A stretch of DNA of 64,000 bases from Deltaproteobacteria bacterium (GTDB lineage: Bacteria; Bdellovibrionota_B; Oligoflexia; Oligoflexales; Bog-1112): assembly GCA_947466225.1 (NCBI GenBank), contig CANIBL010000001.1, positions 20,720 to 84,719 of the forward strand. Direction: 5' to 3'. This document shows positions 52,419-63,799 of this stretch, piece after piece (position 1 is the stretch's first letter; each line of letters starts with the position of its first letter). The translations under genes and the position numbers were made by a program. Under the pieces are notes generated by a model. The model saw only the letters and a program-made list of their open reading frames with translations. It was not told the origin of the DNA and made no database searches.

Positions 52419-53176
52419 CAGCGACTCACAGCTGAAATCGCAGCCTGGGTTTTTTCCCACCGTTTTGCATACTTCATGTATGCATAGAGGCTGCTAAGCC
52501 ATGCATAGGTGTACCCGGGGTATCCATCCAAAAACCCCAGTCGCAGAAAGTATCGCGTACAGAACTCTTGCCATGGCCGTAGCACATGGAGCCACGATAC
52601 ATGCTTGGATTTATTTTCTGCGATGGCAGAGGTATACCGGTTCAATCGTGCGAGATAGTCACTGAGATCTCGATAGCTATAATGCAACAGTCGACCCTGT
52701 GCACGTTGTGTTGTGCCATGGGACAGGACGACAGTTTCATGAATGGGGTTGATAAATTGTCCGACGTTTCGACGAAAGACACGCAGAGGCTCGTCCTGGG
52801 TCCGCCCAAAGCGCATTACGCGGCCCATGAAGACCAGAGAGCGAGGCACAGTAAGGCCCGTAACTTCAGGGGGAAGTTGCGCTAGATGGGTCAATTGCGT
52901 TGCCAGCTCTGAGGTGATGCACTCATCGGCATCTAAAGAAAAGATCCAGTCTCGGGTAGCCAGCGCAAGTGCGGCATTGCGCTGCGCGGCATAGTTATCA
53001 AAGGGACGCTGAGATACAGTCGCGCCGTAGGCTTTTGCAATTTCTACCGTGCGGTCAGTGCTACCGCTGTCCAAGACAATCAGCTCAATGCCAGTTGGAA
53101 GGGCTGCCAAGCAGGCCGGCAGTCGATCCGCTTCATTCAGGGCAATCATTACAATACTGAGGGTATGTATGGGCAT
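52418..53176 (-). CDS. GT-A family 2 glycosyltransferase
   Basis: SIVMIALNEADRL, VLDSGSTDRT and the DADE (DxD) motif are present. I moved the start to ATG 53176 to remove an implausible 90-aa extension that would overlap the gcvT promoter region. Confidence 0.78.
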   Translation of the reverse strand: MPIHTLSIVMIALNEADRLPACLAALPTGIELIVLDSGSTDRTVEIAKAYGATVSQRPFDNYAAQRNAALALATRDWIFSLDADECITSELATQLTHLAQLPPEVTGLTVPRSLVFMGRVMRFGRTQDEPLRVFRRNVGQFINPIHETVVLSHGTTQRAQGRLLHYSYRDLSDYLARLNRYTSAIAENKSKHVSWLHVLRPWQEFCTRYFLRLGFLDGYPGYTYAWLSSLYAYMKYAKRWEKTQAAISAVSR

Positions 53177-53275
53177 AGTTGCTGCTGCAGGACCTATAAA
53201 AAATTGATAGGATGAGGCGCCTTGTCTCCCCATTTTACGCAGTAACAGCGTTTTTTTCAATGCAAAGGAAAAATC

Positions 53276-54397
53276 GTGGACGATCCCTCTGCTCCTGTTC
53301 GTACAACCCCTCTTTTTGCGGCGCACAAAGCCTGCAAAGCCAAGATGATGACCTTTTCTGGGTGGCAGATGCCGGCTTTTTATGAGAGTCCCATGGCAGA
53401 GCACCGAGCGGTGCGCGAACATGTGGGTATTTTCGATGTGAGTCATATGGGAGAGGTCTTTGTCTCAGGACCTGATAGTTTGCCGTATTTACAAGGCCTC
53501 ACCATCAATGATGTGAGCAAACTTGCCATCGGTCAGGGGCACTACACCGCATTTCTTACAGAGACCGGTGGGTTTGTCGATGATTTGATTTGCTACCGAA
53601 TCGGAGAAACTGACTATCTTTTTTGCGTGAATGCCAACAATGCAGACAAAGATTTTGCTTGGATGCAGGCGCATCTTCCCTCAACCTTGCGCGTGACACT
53701 GGATAACCAATCGGGGGCATGGAGTCAGCTCGCCATCCAAGGCCCCCAAAGTCCTGCAGTGATCACAGACCTCTTTCCCGATCGCCCTGATCTTTTGCAG
53801 ATTCCCTATGCCAACATTGCCACAGCCGAGTATCAAGGTGTATTGGTTTATGTCGCACGTACAGGGTATACCGGCGAGCGCGGGTATGAGTTGTACCTCC
53901 CCAACGGGGTTGCGATAGCACTCTGGAATCAAGCGCTTGCGACGCATCCCACGACGCAGATCCGCCCGATCGGTTTGGGGGCACGCGATACGTTGCGCCT
54001 CGAAGCCTGTTTTCTTCTGTATGGCAACGATATGGATGAAACCGTAACCCCCCTAGAGGCGGGGATCCAGTGGGCGGTGAAGTTGGATAAAGGCGAGTTT
54101 ATCGGGCGCGCGGCTCTCTTGCAGCAAAAGGAACAGGGGATTCCCCGTCAGCTTTGTGCCTTTCGTATGGAAGAAGCTGGGATTCCCCGCTCCCACATGT
54201 CTGTGATCCAAGAAGGACAAGTGGTGGGTGAGGTTACGAGTGGATCTCATCTTCCGACATTCGGGTTTGGCGGTGGGCTCGCGTTGGTACACAGCCGTCT
54301 CCAAATTGGGGATATAGTGTATATCGATGTACGGGGTACCGAAAAAGCCGCGCGTATTGTAAAGAAACCGTTTTACCAAGCCAAAACCAAAGGGTAA
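53276..54397 (+). CDS. gcvT: glycine cleavage system aminomethyltransferase (T protein)
   Basis: TPLF..H.....KM..F.GW.MP..Y and GIFDVSHMGE are present. GTG start. Confidence 0.92.
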   Translation: MDDPSAPVRTTPLFAAHKACKAKMMTFSGWQMPAFYESPMAEHRAVREHVGIFDVSHMGEVFVSGPDSLPYLQGLTINDVSKLAIGQGHYTAFLTETGGFVDDLICYRIGETDYLFCVNANNADKDFAWMQAHLPSTLRVTLDNQSGAWSQLAIQGPQSPAVITDLFPDRPDLLQIPYANIATAEYQGVLVYVARTGYTGERGYELYLPNGVAIALWNQALATHPTTQIRPIGLGARDTLRLEACFLLYGNDMDETVTPLEAGIQWAVKLDKGEFIGRAALLQQKEQGIPRQLCAFRMEEAGIPRSHMSVIQEGQVVGEVTSGSHLPTFGFGGGLALVHSRLQIGDIVYIDVRGTEKAARIVKKPFYQAKTKG

Positions 54398-54420
54398 TTT
54401 TTTTTCGAAAAGGAAGCATC

Positions 54421-54798
54421 ATGTCATTTCCAACTGAACTCAAGTACACCAAAGACCATGAATGGATTTCTGCTGTCACCGGGACGGCCCGCATCGGTGT
54501 TTCTGCTTACGCCGTAGAGCAACTGGGCGATATCGTACACGTAGAGTTACCGAAAGTCGGGCAATCTTTCAGCAAAGGCGCTGCCTTCGGTACCATCGAA
54601 TCTACAAAAACAGTCTCGGATGTCTATCTTCCCATCGCAGGTCGCGTAGTGAAGGTAAACGACGCTCTCGTGTCTCATCCGGAAAATTTGCAAGAAGCTC
54701 CCTATGCGCAATGGCTTATTGAGATTGCCGTCGAGGGAGAAGCAGCAGGGCTCTTAGATGCAGCTGGCTACGAAGCCTTTTTGGCAGAGGATCACTGA
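54421..54798 (+). CDS. gcvH: glycine cleavage system H protein
   Basis: YTKDHEWI and the lipoyl-lysine region IESTKTVSDVY are present, 125 aa. Confidence 0.92.
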   Translation: MSFPTELKYTKDHEWISAVTGTARIGVSAYAVEQLGDIVHVELPKVGQSFSKGAAFGTIESTKTVSDVYLPIAGRVVKVNDALVSHPENLQEAPYAQWLIEIAVEGEAAGLLDAAGYEAFLAEDH

Positions 54799-54874
54799 TC
54801 GAAGGAGATGCCCATACGGCCGAGAGGCGTATCGGGGCTTTCCTGTTTTGTATTATTTCACTTTGGAGTATTTT

Positions 54875-55624
54875 ATGCTGCGTCGATTCTTAGTTCTCGG
54901 CTTTCTTCTCTTTGCACTACCTCTATGCGCTGCTTCTTCTGAGGGACCGCGCGCAGAATTTGTTAATCGTGTTGAGAAATATGCCGCGCAACACAATCGA
55001 CAGGCATGGGTAAGTAGTTTTTCTGAACACGCAATGATTAGAAACTTTGCTGAATCTCTCACACCCGCGGCTTTTTATGATAAATGGCTTGCGCAAGAAA
55101 CATTCAAGTCTGATCCGAAGTTTACGGTTACCTGTGGGGATTGCCACTGGCGATTCTTAGAGTTGGTACGCTCAAGGAAAAAATATCCGATCTATATCCA
55201 ATATCTAGTGGATTCTAATGCGGGAGAGCTAAAAATTAGAGATATTGCTGTATATAGGGATAAACCAAGGGCAGTTTCATTTTCTCGTTTTTGCGCCGCT
55301 TTTCGCTTTTCGCGTTCTATGGCCGCACTTCGCCAAACCTTTACCGCGAGTCATGATTTTACAGATGCAGAAAGAATAAAAATCACAGAAAAGTATGCTC
55401 CTTGTCTTGTTGATGAGAAAGGCCTCCATCATCCCTTTCCAATGGAAGAACTGTTTCGAACTAGTTTTTTGAACCCTGTGGTGAATAGTACTGTTGCGAT
55501 TTGCAAGTGGGGATTTGTTTCTGGGATTCGCTTCAATCGAGGCATTGCACAATTGAATCTTGCCCCAAATGGGGACATTGCGAATGTTCTGTTTTATTGC
55601 GGAAGTGAATCATTTGACAACTGA
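54875..55624 (+). CDS. hypothetical secreted protein (249 aa)
   Basis: I moved the start to ATG 54875 (GGAG upstream). Signal peptide MLRRFLVLGFLLFALPLCAA. Confidence 0.55.
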   Translation: MLRRFLVLGFLLFALPLCAASSEGPRAEFVNRVEKYAAQHNRQAWVSSFSEHAMIRNFAESLTPAAFYDKWLAQETFKSDPKFTVTCGDCHWRFLELVRSRKKYPIYIQYLVDSNAGELKIRDIAVYRDKPRAVSFSRFCAAFRFSRSMAALRQTFTASHDFTDAERIKITEKYAPCLVDEKGLHHPFPMEELFRTSFLNPVVNSTVAICKWGFVSGIRFNRGIAQLNLAPNGDIANVLFYCGSESFDN

Positions 55625-55882
55625 GGCCATTGCGCGATCCTGGTGAGTTTGAATGCTTCAGTATCGCGCCATCTTTTCTTCTATACAATCAAATTGTTAT
55701 GCAACAACGCCATTAGTGAGTCAAGCGGATCGAGGGGAAAAGGCCATGGAAGGCGTTTCGGTTGTGCATTTTTCGAAAAAAAAAGCATATGACCCAGATC
55801 GAGTTTTACGAGGGGGAGTGAATTTCTACAAAAGTACCCGCTGACTTTATGTAGCTGCTTTTTGGAGGAAGTTCAGCACCTG

Positions 55883-56485
55883 TTACTGGCATTTAAAGTT
55901 TCCGCTGGCATCGACGAGAGGAGTGGCTGTGGTAATCGGGTTGACAGGAGAGGATTGGTAGTACGTATTCACAAGTTTTGTGCAAGAAAAGGAACCTACC
56001 ACATTGGTGGAGGAGGCACTGGTCACATTGAGGGTGCAAGTGCCTCCATAGGTAAAGAGCGCAACACTGGTCGAGCTGCGGTACATATCATAGGCGTTAT
56101 ACAGCGAAGCATTTCCTGACAGAGGGCGAGAGATACTGACGCTACAGGCATCGTATTTGAGCCCTACGTTGCCTAAAGAGATAGCATTGTCAATGGCTTG
56201 TGCGCAGGTATACGTTTGGGCTGTAGACTCCAATTGTTTGATGTTAATCGTAAGAGAACTTTGTGTGGTGCCGCCGGTTAGGGTGAGGCTGGCTGTGCCG
56301 GAATTTGCATCAATCACGCAAGTGGCTTGTGTCAAGCTCAAGCTACCATTATCGGTTGGGGTGGTTCCATTGGCCAAGGTAACCGTTGCATAGACGACAG
56401 TAGGTGTAGAAGTTGTTTCTTTACTTCCACAATGACTCAGTCCTGCGGCAAGATGGAATAGAAGCACTGCTTTACTCAGGTTCAT
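55883..56485 (-). CDS. Thr/Ser-rich lipoprotein (200 aa)
   Basis: I moved the start to ATG 56485, giving MNLSKAVLLFHLAAGLSHC (lipobox). The mature part is T/S/N-rich and beta-looking. Confidence 0.5.
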   Translation of the reverse strand: MNLSKAVLLFHLAAGLSHCGSKETTSTPTVVYATVTLANGTTPTDNGSLSLTQATCVIDANSGTASLTLTGGTTQSSLTINIKQLESTAQTYTCAQAIDNAISLGNVGLKYDACSVSISRPLSGNASLYNAYDMYRSSTSVALFTYGGTCTLNVTSASSTNVVGSFSCTKLVNTYYQSSPVNPITTATPLVDASGNFKCQ

Positions 56486-56622
56486 TTTTATTTGCTCCCT
56501 AAAAAAAGAACGTTCTTTTTTAGCGTAGCATAAAATGTAATCCCTCACAAAAACAGGGAAGTCTTGGTATGACGGAGTCATCCAACAAACCCCTTTTCAA
56601 ATAGGATCTTAGGGGAAGCTTA

Positions 56623-57504
56623 CTATGTATCCGGTGTTGCTAACGTAAGTTTTGGACCACGTAAAAACTGCACTCGATCCCCGTACCGCAGTTCTACACG
56701 ACCATGTTGTCCGTCGAAGGCAAGGATGGCGCGTTCGCTATAGTTCTCGATGGAGAGGGGTGTTGCTTCTGGTGTGAACCATGCGGTGTGTACCGTACAA
56801 GGTCGACTAGCGGGAGAGTATAATTCTCGTACATAGAACTGAAAACGAGGGTCTTGTAGCGAAGTGGCTTCTCCCCCAGCTGTGTGAATCGCAGCCGTAC
56901 TGCCGACTCCAGTAGAAATCCAGATGCCACTGGACAGTTGGTCTTCCTTTTGCGTGCCCCATTGCAGTCGATATCGTGTGGTAGCAGCCGGATTGAGATG
57001 GGTATACAGGAAGTCGTTCAATACAGGCTGGGTCCGTTGGATGCCACCATGGCGCACAAATTGGATTTCCGCAGTCAAGCGATCTACGGTAACCCAAGGA
57101 AGTGTATACGCAGCCAAGGCGGAGACGATGGACTCTAATTGAGTGGCATCGCCACAGCACAGACGTCCTACACTCAGGTTGGAGGAACGGATTCCTACAA
57201 TCGGTCGCTGGGTTTCAATAATATGATGACTGGCTTCCAGTACCGTACCATCTCCGCCTACGGTAATAATCGCGTGGTAGGGCTCTAGCTCAGGCCAAAA
57301 ACGACCGCGTCCGATCAGGGTATATTCAATGTGATGAGCGCGTAACGTTGTGAGGAGATTATCCCGGGTTTGGTAGTGATCAGCGTGGGCTTGTTCCAAG
57401 CGTTCGAGACGGTCACGTGGCATGGTGCCTCGTGTGACCTGATTGCGAACTTCTTCCCCAAAGAGATCCAGGTTGCTGGTTTTACTCACCACCAAAACTT
57501 TCAC
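56623..57504 (-). CDS. nadK: NAD kinase
   Basis: The GGDGT motif appears as ITVGGDGTVL. I moved the start to GTG 57504 (AAGGA 7 nt upstream), which removes the overlap with the ppiD-like gene. Confidence 0.86.
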   Translation of the reverse strand: MKVLVVSKTSNLDLFGEEVRNQVTRGTMPRDRLERLEQAHADHYQTRDNLLTTLRAHHIEYTLIGRGRFWPELEPYHAIITVGGDGTVLEASHHIIETQRPIVGIRSSNLSVGRLCCGDATQLESIVSALAAYTLPWVTVDRLTAEIQFVRHGGIQRTQPVLNDFLYTHLNPAATTRYRLQWGTQKEDQLSSGIWISTGVGSTAAIHTAGGEATSLQDPRFQFYVRELYSPASRPCTVHTAWFTPEATPLSIENYSERAILAFDGQHGRVELRYGDRVQFLRGPKLTLATPDT

Positions 57505-57508
57505 GAGA

Positions 57509-59101
57509 CTATCCTTCTGCTGGAGCGGTATCGAGGGCCAAGAAGTGGGGATTGATAGACACGGCGTTGCGGTCCTCAAACTCCTTACGCGACACCGCGC
57601 TGAAGTCAGAGTAGTTGCGGTAGCCTTTGGAAAACTGGGCAGTTTTTGCCAATTGCTTGCGTTTCTCTTCCGTCAATGCAGCCAGATCAGGCTCCTTTTT
57701 CTCGACCAACTTCAGGACAAAGTATACCCCTTTGCTGCTCAATACGTGCTCTGGATATGGCTTTTCTTTGGTTAATGTCAGAACAGCTCCGAGTAATGCT
57801 GCATCAGACCCCAATTTTGGAATGTAGCGAGAAACGGCAGAGAACTCAGAGGTCTCTTCCCACTTGGCTTTAAGCGGTTTCAGTAGGTCTTCCGTCGGCA
57901 CTCCCTTTACCATGGCTTGTTGCACTTTATCGGCTTCTATCTTGGCCTGTGCAGGACCTTTGTATTTTTGGATAAGCTTTTCTACGATAGAGCCTTGTAC
58001 TTGAGCGAGGGTTTTTTCCTCCTTCTGTGTATGGGCCTCGGCGCGAATGATATGGAATCCGAAGGGGGTTTCCACCACGTCGCTTACGGTCCCCACTTTA
58101 AGAGCAAAGGCAGCATCGGAAAATTCTTTTACCATGGCATCTCGGGTGAAAGAGCCCAAGTCGCCACCGGTTTCTTTTCCATGGGCTTCATCGGTGTATT
58201 GTTTTGCCAGGGCTGCAAAGTCAGCACCCGGAGATTTCACCTTGGCGAGCACGTCTTTGGCCTGCTGTTGGGCTGCGGCCTTGGTTCGCTTTTGGCCTTC
58301 TTCTCCTACGCTTCGAGCGCCCTCATAGGTGATCAAGATATGGCGGGCTTGTACTTTTTCTTCGGTATTATAGTCGCTCTTATGGGCTTCGAAATAGTTT
58401 TTGATCTTATCTGCACTGTCTTCTTTTTTGAGAAACTCAGCAGACTCTTCTGGGGTAACGGTCACAGGCATCTCAGCTGGATCAAGCTTAACAAAGGCGA
58501 CTTTGTACTTGGTTTCGCTCAAGCGGTAGTCCATTTCAACTTCTTGCTTGGAGCTATAGGTAAGTCCCATCACAAACTGACGCAGCTTGTCGCTCGTAAG
58601 GTCTCTTCGGATTTCATCCATAAAGGATGCTTCGGAGTAGTAGTTGTAGCGCAGGTAATTTTTGAAGGCTTCTTCGGAGAATTTGCCTTCTTTGTCACGA
58701 AAGGCTTTTCCGCGATTGAGGTTGTCCACCACTTCTTCATCGCTCGCCCGCAAGCCGAGATCATTGGCCTTTAGGTACAAAACCCGCTCATCCACCAGTT
58801 GGTTCATCACCGTGTTTGCGACTTTCAGCGCAGCCGCATTGAAGTTCTCTCCGTATTGATTGCGCAACCGTTCGGTCTGGCGAGAGTACGCGCGGCTGAA
58901 CTCCGAGCGAGAAATTTCTTCGCGAGACACAGAAGCTGCATGTCCTTCAATTTGATGGCCAGTTTGCATACGAGGTGTACACATACCGAAGAACACCATG
59001 GCTCCCAAACTGAGGGAGAGTACAAAATATGTACCGAAGTGCCCAGATACCTTGTTGATTTCTTTTACGCCATGGATCGTGGTGTTTTTCATCCGAAACA
59101 T
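57509..59101 (-). CDS. PpiD-like periplasmic chaperone / parvulin-type peptidyl-prolyl isomerase
   Basis: It has an N-terminal TM anchor (FGTYFVLSLSLGAMVFFGM), a SurA_N-like region and a parvulin domain (ARHILI ... FGFHIIR). The start is at ATG 59101 or 59092. The track's 59428 start would run into mreB. Confidence 0.78.
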   Translation of the reverse strand: MFRMKNTTIHGVKEINKVSGHFGTYFVLSLSLGAMVFFGMCTPRMQTGHQIEGHAASVSREEISRSEFSRAYSRQTERLRNQYGENFNAAALKVANTVMNQLVDERVLYLKANDLGLRASDEEVVDNLNRGKAFRDKEGKFSEEAFKNYLRYNYYSEASFMDEIRRDLTSDKLRQFVMGLTYSSKQEVEMDYRLSETKYKVAFVKLDPAEMPVTVTPEESAEFLKKEDSADKIKNYFEAHKSDYNTEEKVQARHILITYEGARSVGEEGQKRTKAAAQQQAKDVLAKVKSPGADFAALAKQYTDEAHGKETGGDLGSFTRDAMVKEFSDAAFALKVGTVSDVVETPFGFHIIRAEAHTQKEEKTLAQVQGSIVEKLIQKYKGPAQAKIEADKVQQAMVKGVPTEDLLKPLKAKWEETSEFSAVSRYIPKLGSDAALLGAVLTLTKEKPYPEHVLSSKGVYFVLKLVEKKEPDLAALTEEKRKQLAKTAQFSKGYRNYSDFSAVSRKEFEDRNAVSINPHFLALDTAPAEG

Positions 59102-59373
59102 GCTGTGGTGACCTTTCTGTCTCGACGAGTGAGGGATTGGAAGCCCGAATCGTATGGATATATTCGCCAACTGTACAAAAGTGAAGAGGAATCTATTTTT
59201 CTGGGCGAATAAAGGATGATTCTTCTTCCAACTGACAATATAATACATCAAAATGCGAGATCCTTCAGGTGGTTTGTCGATGTCATCTGGCACCGCTGGC
59301 ATTTTGCTCCTCCAGAGGAGCGCTGATACAGAAAAAGTTTTTGAAAATACATGATAACGATTTGGAATCGTAG

Positions 59374-60417
<1,044 letters not shown>

Positions 60418-60428
60418 GACCATTCATA

Positions 60429-61313
60429 TTGTCTCGTTTGCGTCGCCATCAAAAGAAGTTCCGCAACGCCTTTGTTCTTTGCGTATTGTTGGCTCCTTTT
60501 GTCTTCTTCTCTTCGCCGCTACGCCCCTGGTTGCCCTTGCAAGGAATCCAGATGGTGGGGCAAGAAATTTTATACCCCTTTGAGTATGTGTGGCACGAGT
60601 TTTCTTCGGGGGTTTCCCTTGCCTGGCGCGAGTATTTTGCTCTGAGCGGAGCTGCCCAAGAAAACGAAGCTCTAAAAAGAAAGCTTACCCAGCTAGAAGT
60701 CCGCGTAATGGATCGCGAACAATGGATGAGTGAAGCCCTTCGCTTGCGCCAGCTTCTGCGCATCTCTCAGCGCCTGGAAGATCCCTTGTTGGTGGGGGAA
60801 ATTGTGGGCAATCATAAGCACCTCCTATCTTTTCCGACTTTGCGTGTGGATCGCGGCACCACCGATGGGGTACAGCCAGGCATGCCGGTGATTGGAGAAA
60901 AGGGCGTAGTGGGACAGGTCATTCGGACGGGTCTGCACTTTTCTGATATTCAAATGATCGAAGATCATAACTTCTATTTGGATGTATTGGTGGAGCGTAC
61001 CCGCATTCGAGGGGTACTCCATGGAATCGGCAACGGGATGTGTCGACTGCAGGTGCACCGTCATGCGGATCTTCGCATTGGAGACACAGTGGTCACCTCG
61101 GGTCTAGTGGGGACCTTTCCCAAAGGATTCCCCATTGGCAGTGTGATGAAGATTAGCTACGAGACCGATGAAATCTCCCAGGTGATCACCATTACCCCCA
61201 CGGTGGATTTTCGTCAGTTGGAAGAAGTCATGATTTTGTTGCGCCCTAGTTCTGTATTGGAAACCATTCGAGAAACCGCAGGCCCCTCTTGGATGGAAAA
61301 TATCCTGCAATAA
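60429..61313 (+). CDS. mreC: rod-shape-determining protein MreC
   Basis: Position after mreB; N-terminal TM, coiled coil (ENEALKRKLTQLE), and C-terminal beta-domains with GLVG.FPKG.PIG. Confidence 0.86.
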   Translation: MSRLRRHQKKFRNAFVLCVLLAPFVFFSSPLRPWLPLQGIQMVGQEILYPFEYVWHEFSSGVSLAWREYFALSGAAQENEALKRKLTQLEVRVMDREQWMSEALRLRQLLRISQRLEDPLLVGEIVGNHKHLLSFPTLRVDRGTTDGVQPGMPVIGEKGVVGQVIRTGLHFSDIQMIEDHNFYLDVLVERTRIRGVLHGIGNGMCRLQVHRHADLRIGDTVVTSGLVGTFPKGFPIGSVMKISYETDEISQVITITPTVDFRQLEEVMILLRPSSVLETIRETAGPSWMENILQ

Positions 61314-61329
61314 GGGCAAGAGAACCATT

Positions 61330-61875
61330 GTGGCGCACGAACGTAGAAAAAGTAGAACCCAAGGCAACTGGTTGACCCAATTTCGCCCGAAGCCGGGCTC
61401 GTGGGCTTCGGATATTTTGCTCTGTTTTGTCTTGTTTTTTGTGCAAGATACGTTATTGGGTGACATTCCCTTTGCCGGTCTGCAGGTGGATTTGGTCTCG
61501 CCTTGTATCATCTATTTTTGTGCCTTTCGCTCCATGGGCCGCGCCCTGTGTCTTTCGTTGTTGGCTGCCTACATCATGGAGACGCACTCTGCGACGCCCA
61601 TGGGGCTTTACTTCTCGATTTATTTGGGCTTGGCTGTCATCTTGCAAGCCACGCGACACCATCTTTCTTGGCACCATGTCACCACATGGGTTGTCACGGT
61701 GTTTTGTACGGAGCTACTGATATTTCTATTTCAATTTATGTTGCTGCAATCCTATCAACTGGAGGTGTCTTCTTTCTCCTTATCTTTTTGGGGAGAGTTG
61801 GGATGCAAATTTTTTCTTTCCATCGTAGTCGGCACGATTTTACTCAGTCAATGGGTACAGACACAGAAAGGCTGA
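61330..61875 (+). CDS. mreD: rod-shape-determining protein MreD
   Basis: Position between mreC and mrdA; polytopic hydrophobic protein of about 180 aa. GTG start. Confidence 0.7.
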   Translation: MAHERRKSRTQGNWLTQFRPKPGSWASDILLCFVLFFVQDTLLGDIPFAGLQVDLVSPCIIYFCAFRSMGRALCLSLLAAYIMETHSATPMGLYFSIYLGLAVILQATRHHLSWHHVTTWVVTVFCTELLIFLFQFMLLQSYQLEVSSFSLSFWGELGCKFFLSIVVGTILLSQWVQTQKG

Positions 61876-61879
61876 CTCG

Positions 61880-63799
61880 ATGAAGTTTTCCCCCAAAAAG
61901 CGAGAAACCCCAGTGGATGTATCCCGCTATGCGTGGGCCATTGCGGTGGTAGGATGCGTATTTTTTGTTCTCACCATGCGGTTGTGGTACTTACAAATTT
62001 ACAAAGGCGAAACTTTTAGGCAAATTTCCAGTAACAACCGGTTGCGCAAGATTGAAATCCCCGCGTCGAGAGGGCTGCTCTTTGATCGATACGGTACCTT
62101 GATTTTGGGCAATCGGCCTTTCTTTGACCTTGTGTACATTCCCCAATATGTGGTGGAACCAGAAAAAACCATCCAGATTTTAAGCAACATTCTTTTTGTG
62201 CCGGAGAGTCAGTTTCACAGCATCTTGAAGAAAAACCGCAGTCGCCCCCGTTTTCTTCCTATTGTGATTTTGCGTAACCTAACGTTGCATCAAGTTTCCC
62301 TCATTCAAACACACAAGTTGTATTTGCCAGGTATCGAGGTGGAAATTGCCCCTCGTCGAGACTATACCGGAGATACACCCCCTCATTTGGTAGGTTACAT
62401 CGGAGAGATCAGTGGGAATAAATTAGAAAAAGAAAACCTTGCATCTCCAGATAACCCCTATTTTCCTGGAGATTTGGTGGGCAAGCATGGTCTGGAATCA
62501 CGTTGGGAGAAGGTGTTACGGGGACAACGAGGATATCGATTTATTCAAGTCGATGCCTTTGGTCGTCAACGACAGGTATCAACCAATCAAAATTGGAATC
62601 TACCCGAGCAAGCAGCCCAACCAGGAGCCGACCTCACACTCACCATCGACTTCGAACTACAAAAGATTGTAGCCCAAGCATTTAAAGGTAAAAATGGCGC
62701 TGTGGTAGTGATGAACCCGCAAACGGGAGAAGTCCTGGCCATGCTCAGTGAGCCGGGATTTGACCCTGCCATGTACCAAGAACCACTTAGTTATGATCAA
62801 TGGGAGTCCTTGTTGGCAGACCCCTACAAGCCCCTCTTTGATAAAACCACAGGAGGATCCTTTGCCCCTGGTAGTGTGTATAAACCAGTCGTGGCATTGG
62901 CGGCATTGGAAGAAGGTATTATTCAACCGAAAACCCATTTTTTCTGCAATGGAGTCATGACACTGGGAAATCAGCCTTTCCATTGTTACAAACGAACCGG
63001 GCATGGCACGGTAGATTTGGCTGAGGCGCTCAAGAAATCCTGTGACGTGTTTTTTTATAACATTGGATTGAGCCTTGGTGTGGAGCGGATTGCCAAATAT
63101 GCCATGGACCTAGGATTGGGCGCGCAGTTGGGCATTGAGCTCAATCAGGAAGACCCGGGGTTGATTCCTACAACCGCATGGCATCGCAAGTTGTTTAAAT
63201 CTGGATGGAACTTGGGAGACATTCCTTCCATGGCGATTGGGCAAGGGGCAAATCTTTTAACGCCCATTCAAATCGCAAGTCTGTACGCCACGATCGCTAA
63301 TGGAGGCACCGTTTGGCGTCCCTATGTGGTACAAAAAGTAACAGATCATGTGGGACAGAAACGATTTGAACAACATCCAGTGAAGCAAAAAACGGCAACT
63401 TTTATCACCCAGAAAAATTTTGCCATGATTCGAGAATATTTGGGCCAAGTGGTGATGGACCCCAAAGGGACGGGGCACAAAGCCAATGTGCCAGGGATTA
63501 GCGTAGCAGGGAAAACGGGTTCGGCTCAGGTCGTAAATTTGGGACGATACCGACATCGTAAAAATGAAGTGAGCATGAAGTGGCAAGAACATGCAATATT
63601 TGGCGCTTTTTCCCCTATAGAGGGAGCCGAAATTTCCTTGGCAATTTTAAGTGAAAACGATGGGACGGGGGGCGGTGGTGTTGCTGCGGCTCCCATTGCA
63701 AAGAAAATCATTCAAGGATATTGGGAACTCAAAGCCAAGCGTATGAAAGCGATGTCTCACCCGATGCAAGCCACCGAGAAGCCCCATGTCGTACAATAA
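61880..63799 (+). CDS. mrdA: penicillin-binding protein 2 (elongasome transpeptidase)
   Basis: SxxK (GSVYK), SxD/N (KSCD) and KTG (GKTGSA) are present, with an N-terminal TM and dimerisation domain. Confidence 0.92.
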   Translation: MKFSPKKRETPVDVSRYAWAIAVVGCVFFVLTMRLWYLQIYKGETFRQISSNNRLRKIEIPASRGLLFDRYGTLILGNRPFFDLVYIPQYVVEPEKTIQILSNILFVPESQFHSILKKNRSRPRFLPIVILRNLTLHQVSLIQTHKLYLPGIEVEIAPRRDYTGDTPPHLVGYIGEISGNKLEKENLASPDNPYFPGDLVGKHGLESRWEKVLRGQRGYRFIQVDAFGRQRQVSTNQNWNLPEQAAQPGADLTLTIDFELQKIVAQAFKGKNGAVVVMNPQTGEVLAMLSEPGFDPAMYQEPLSYDQWESLLADPYKPLFDKTTGGSFAPGSVYKPVVALAALEEGIIQPKTHFFCNGVMTLGNQPFHCYKRTGHGTVDLAEALKKSCDVFFYNIGLSLGVERIAKYAMDLGLGAQLGIELNQEDPGLIPTTAWHRKLFKSGWNLGDIPSMAIGQGANLLTPIQIASLYATIANGGTVWRPYVVQKVTDHVGQKRFEQHPVKQKTATFITQKNFAMIREYLGQVVMDPKGTGHKANVPGISVAGKTGSAQVVNLGRYRHRKNEVSMKWQEHAIFGAFSPIEGAEISLAILSENDGTGGGGVAAAPIAKKIIQGYWELKAKRMKAMSHPMQATEKPHVVQ

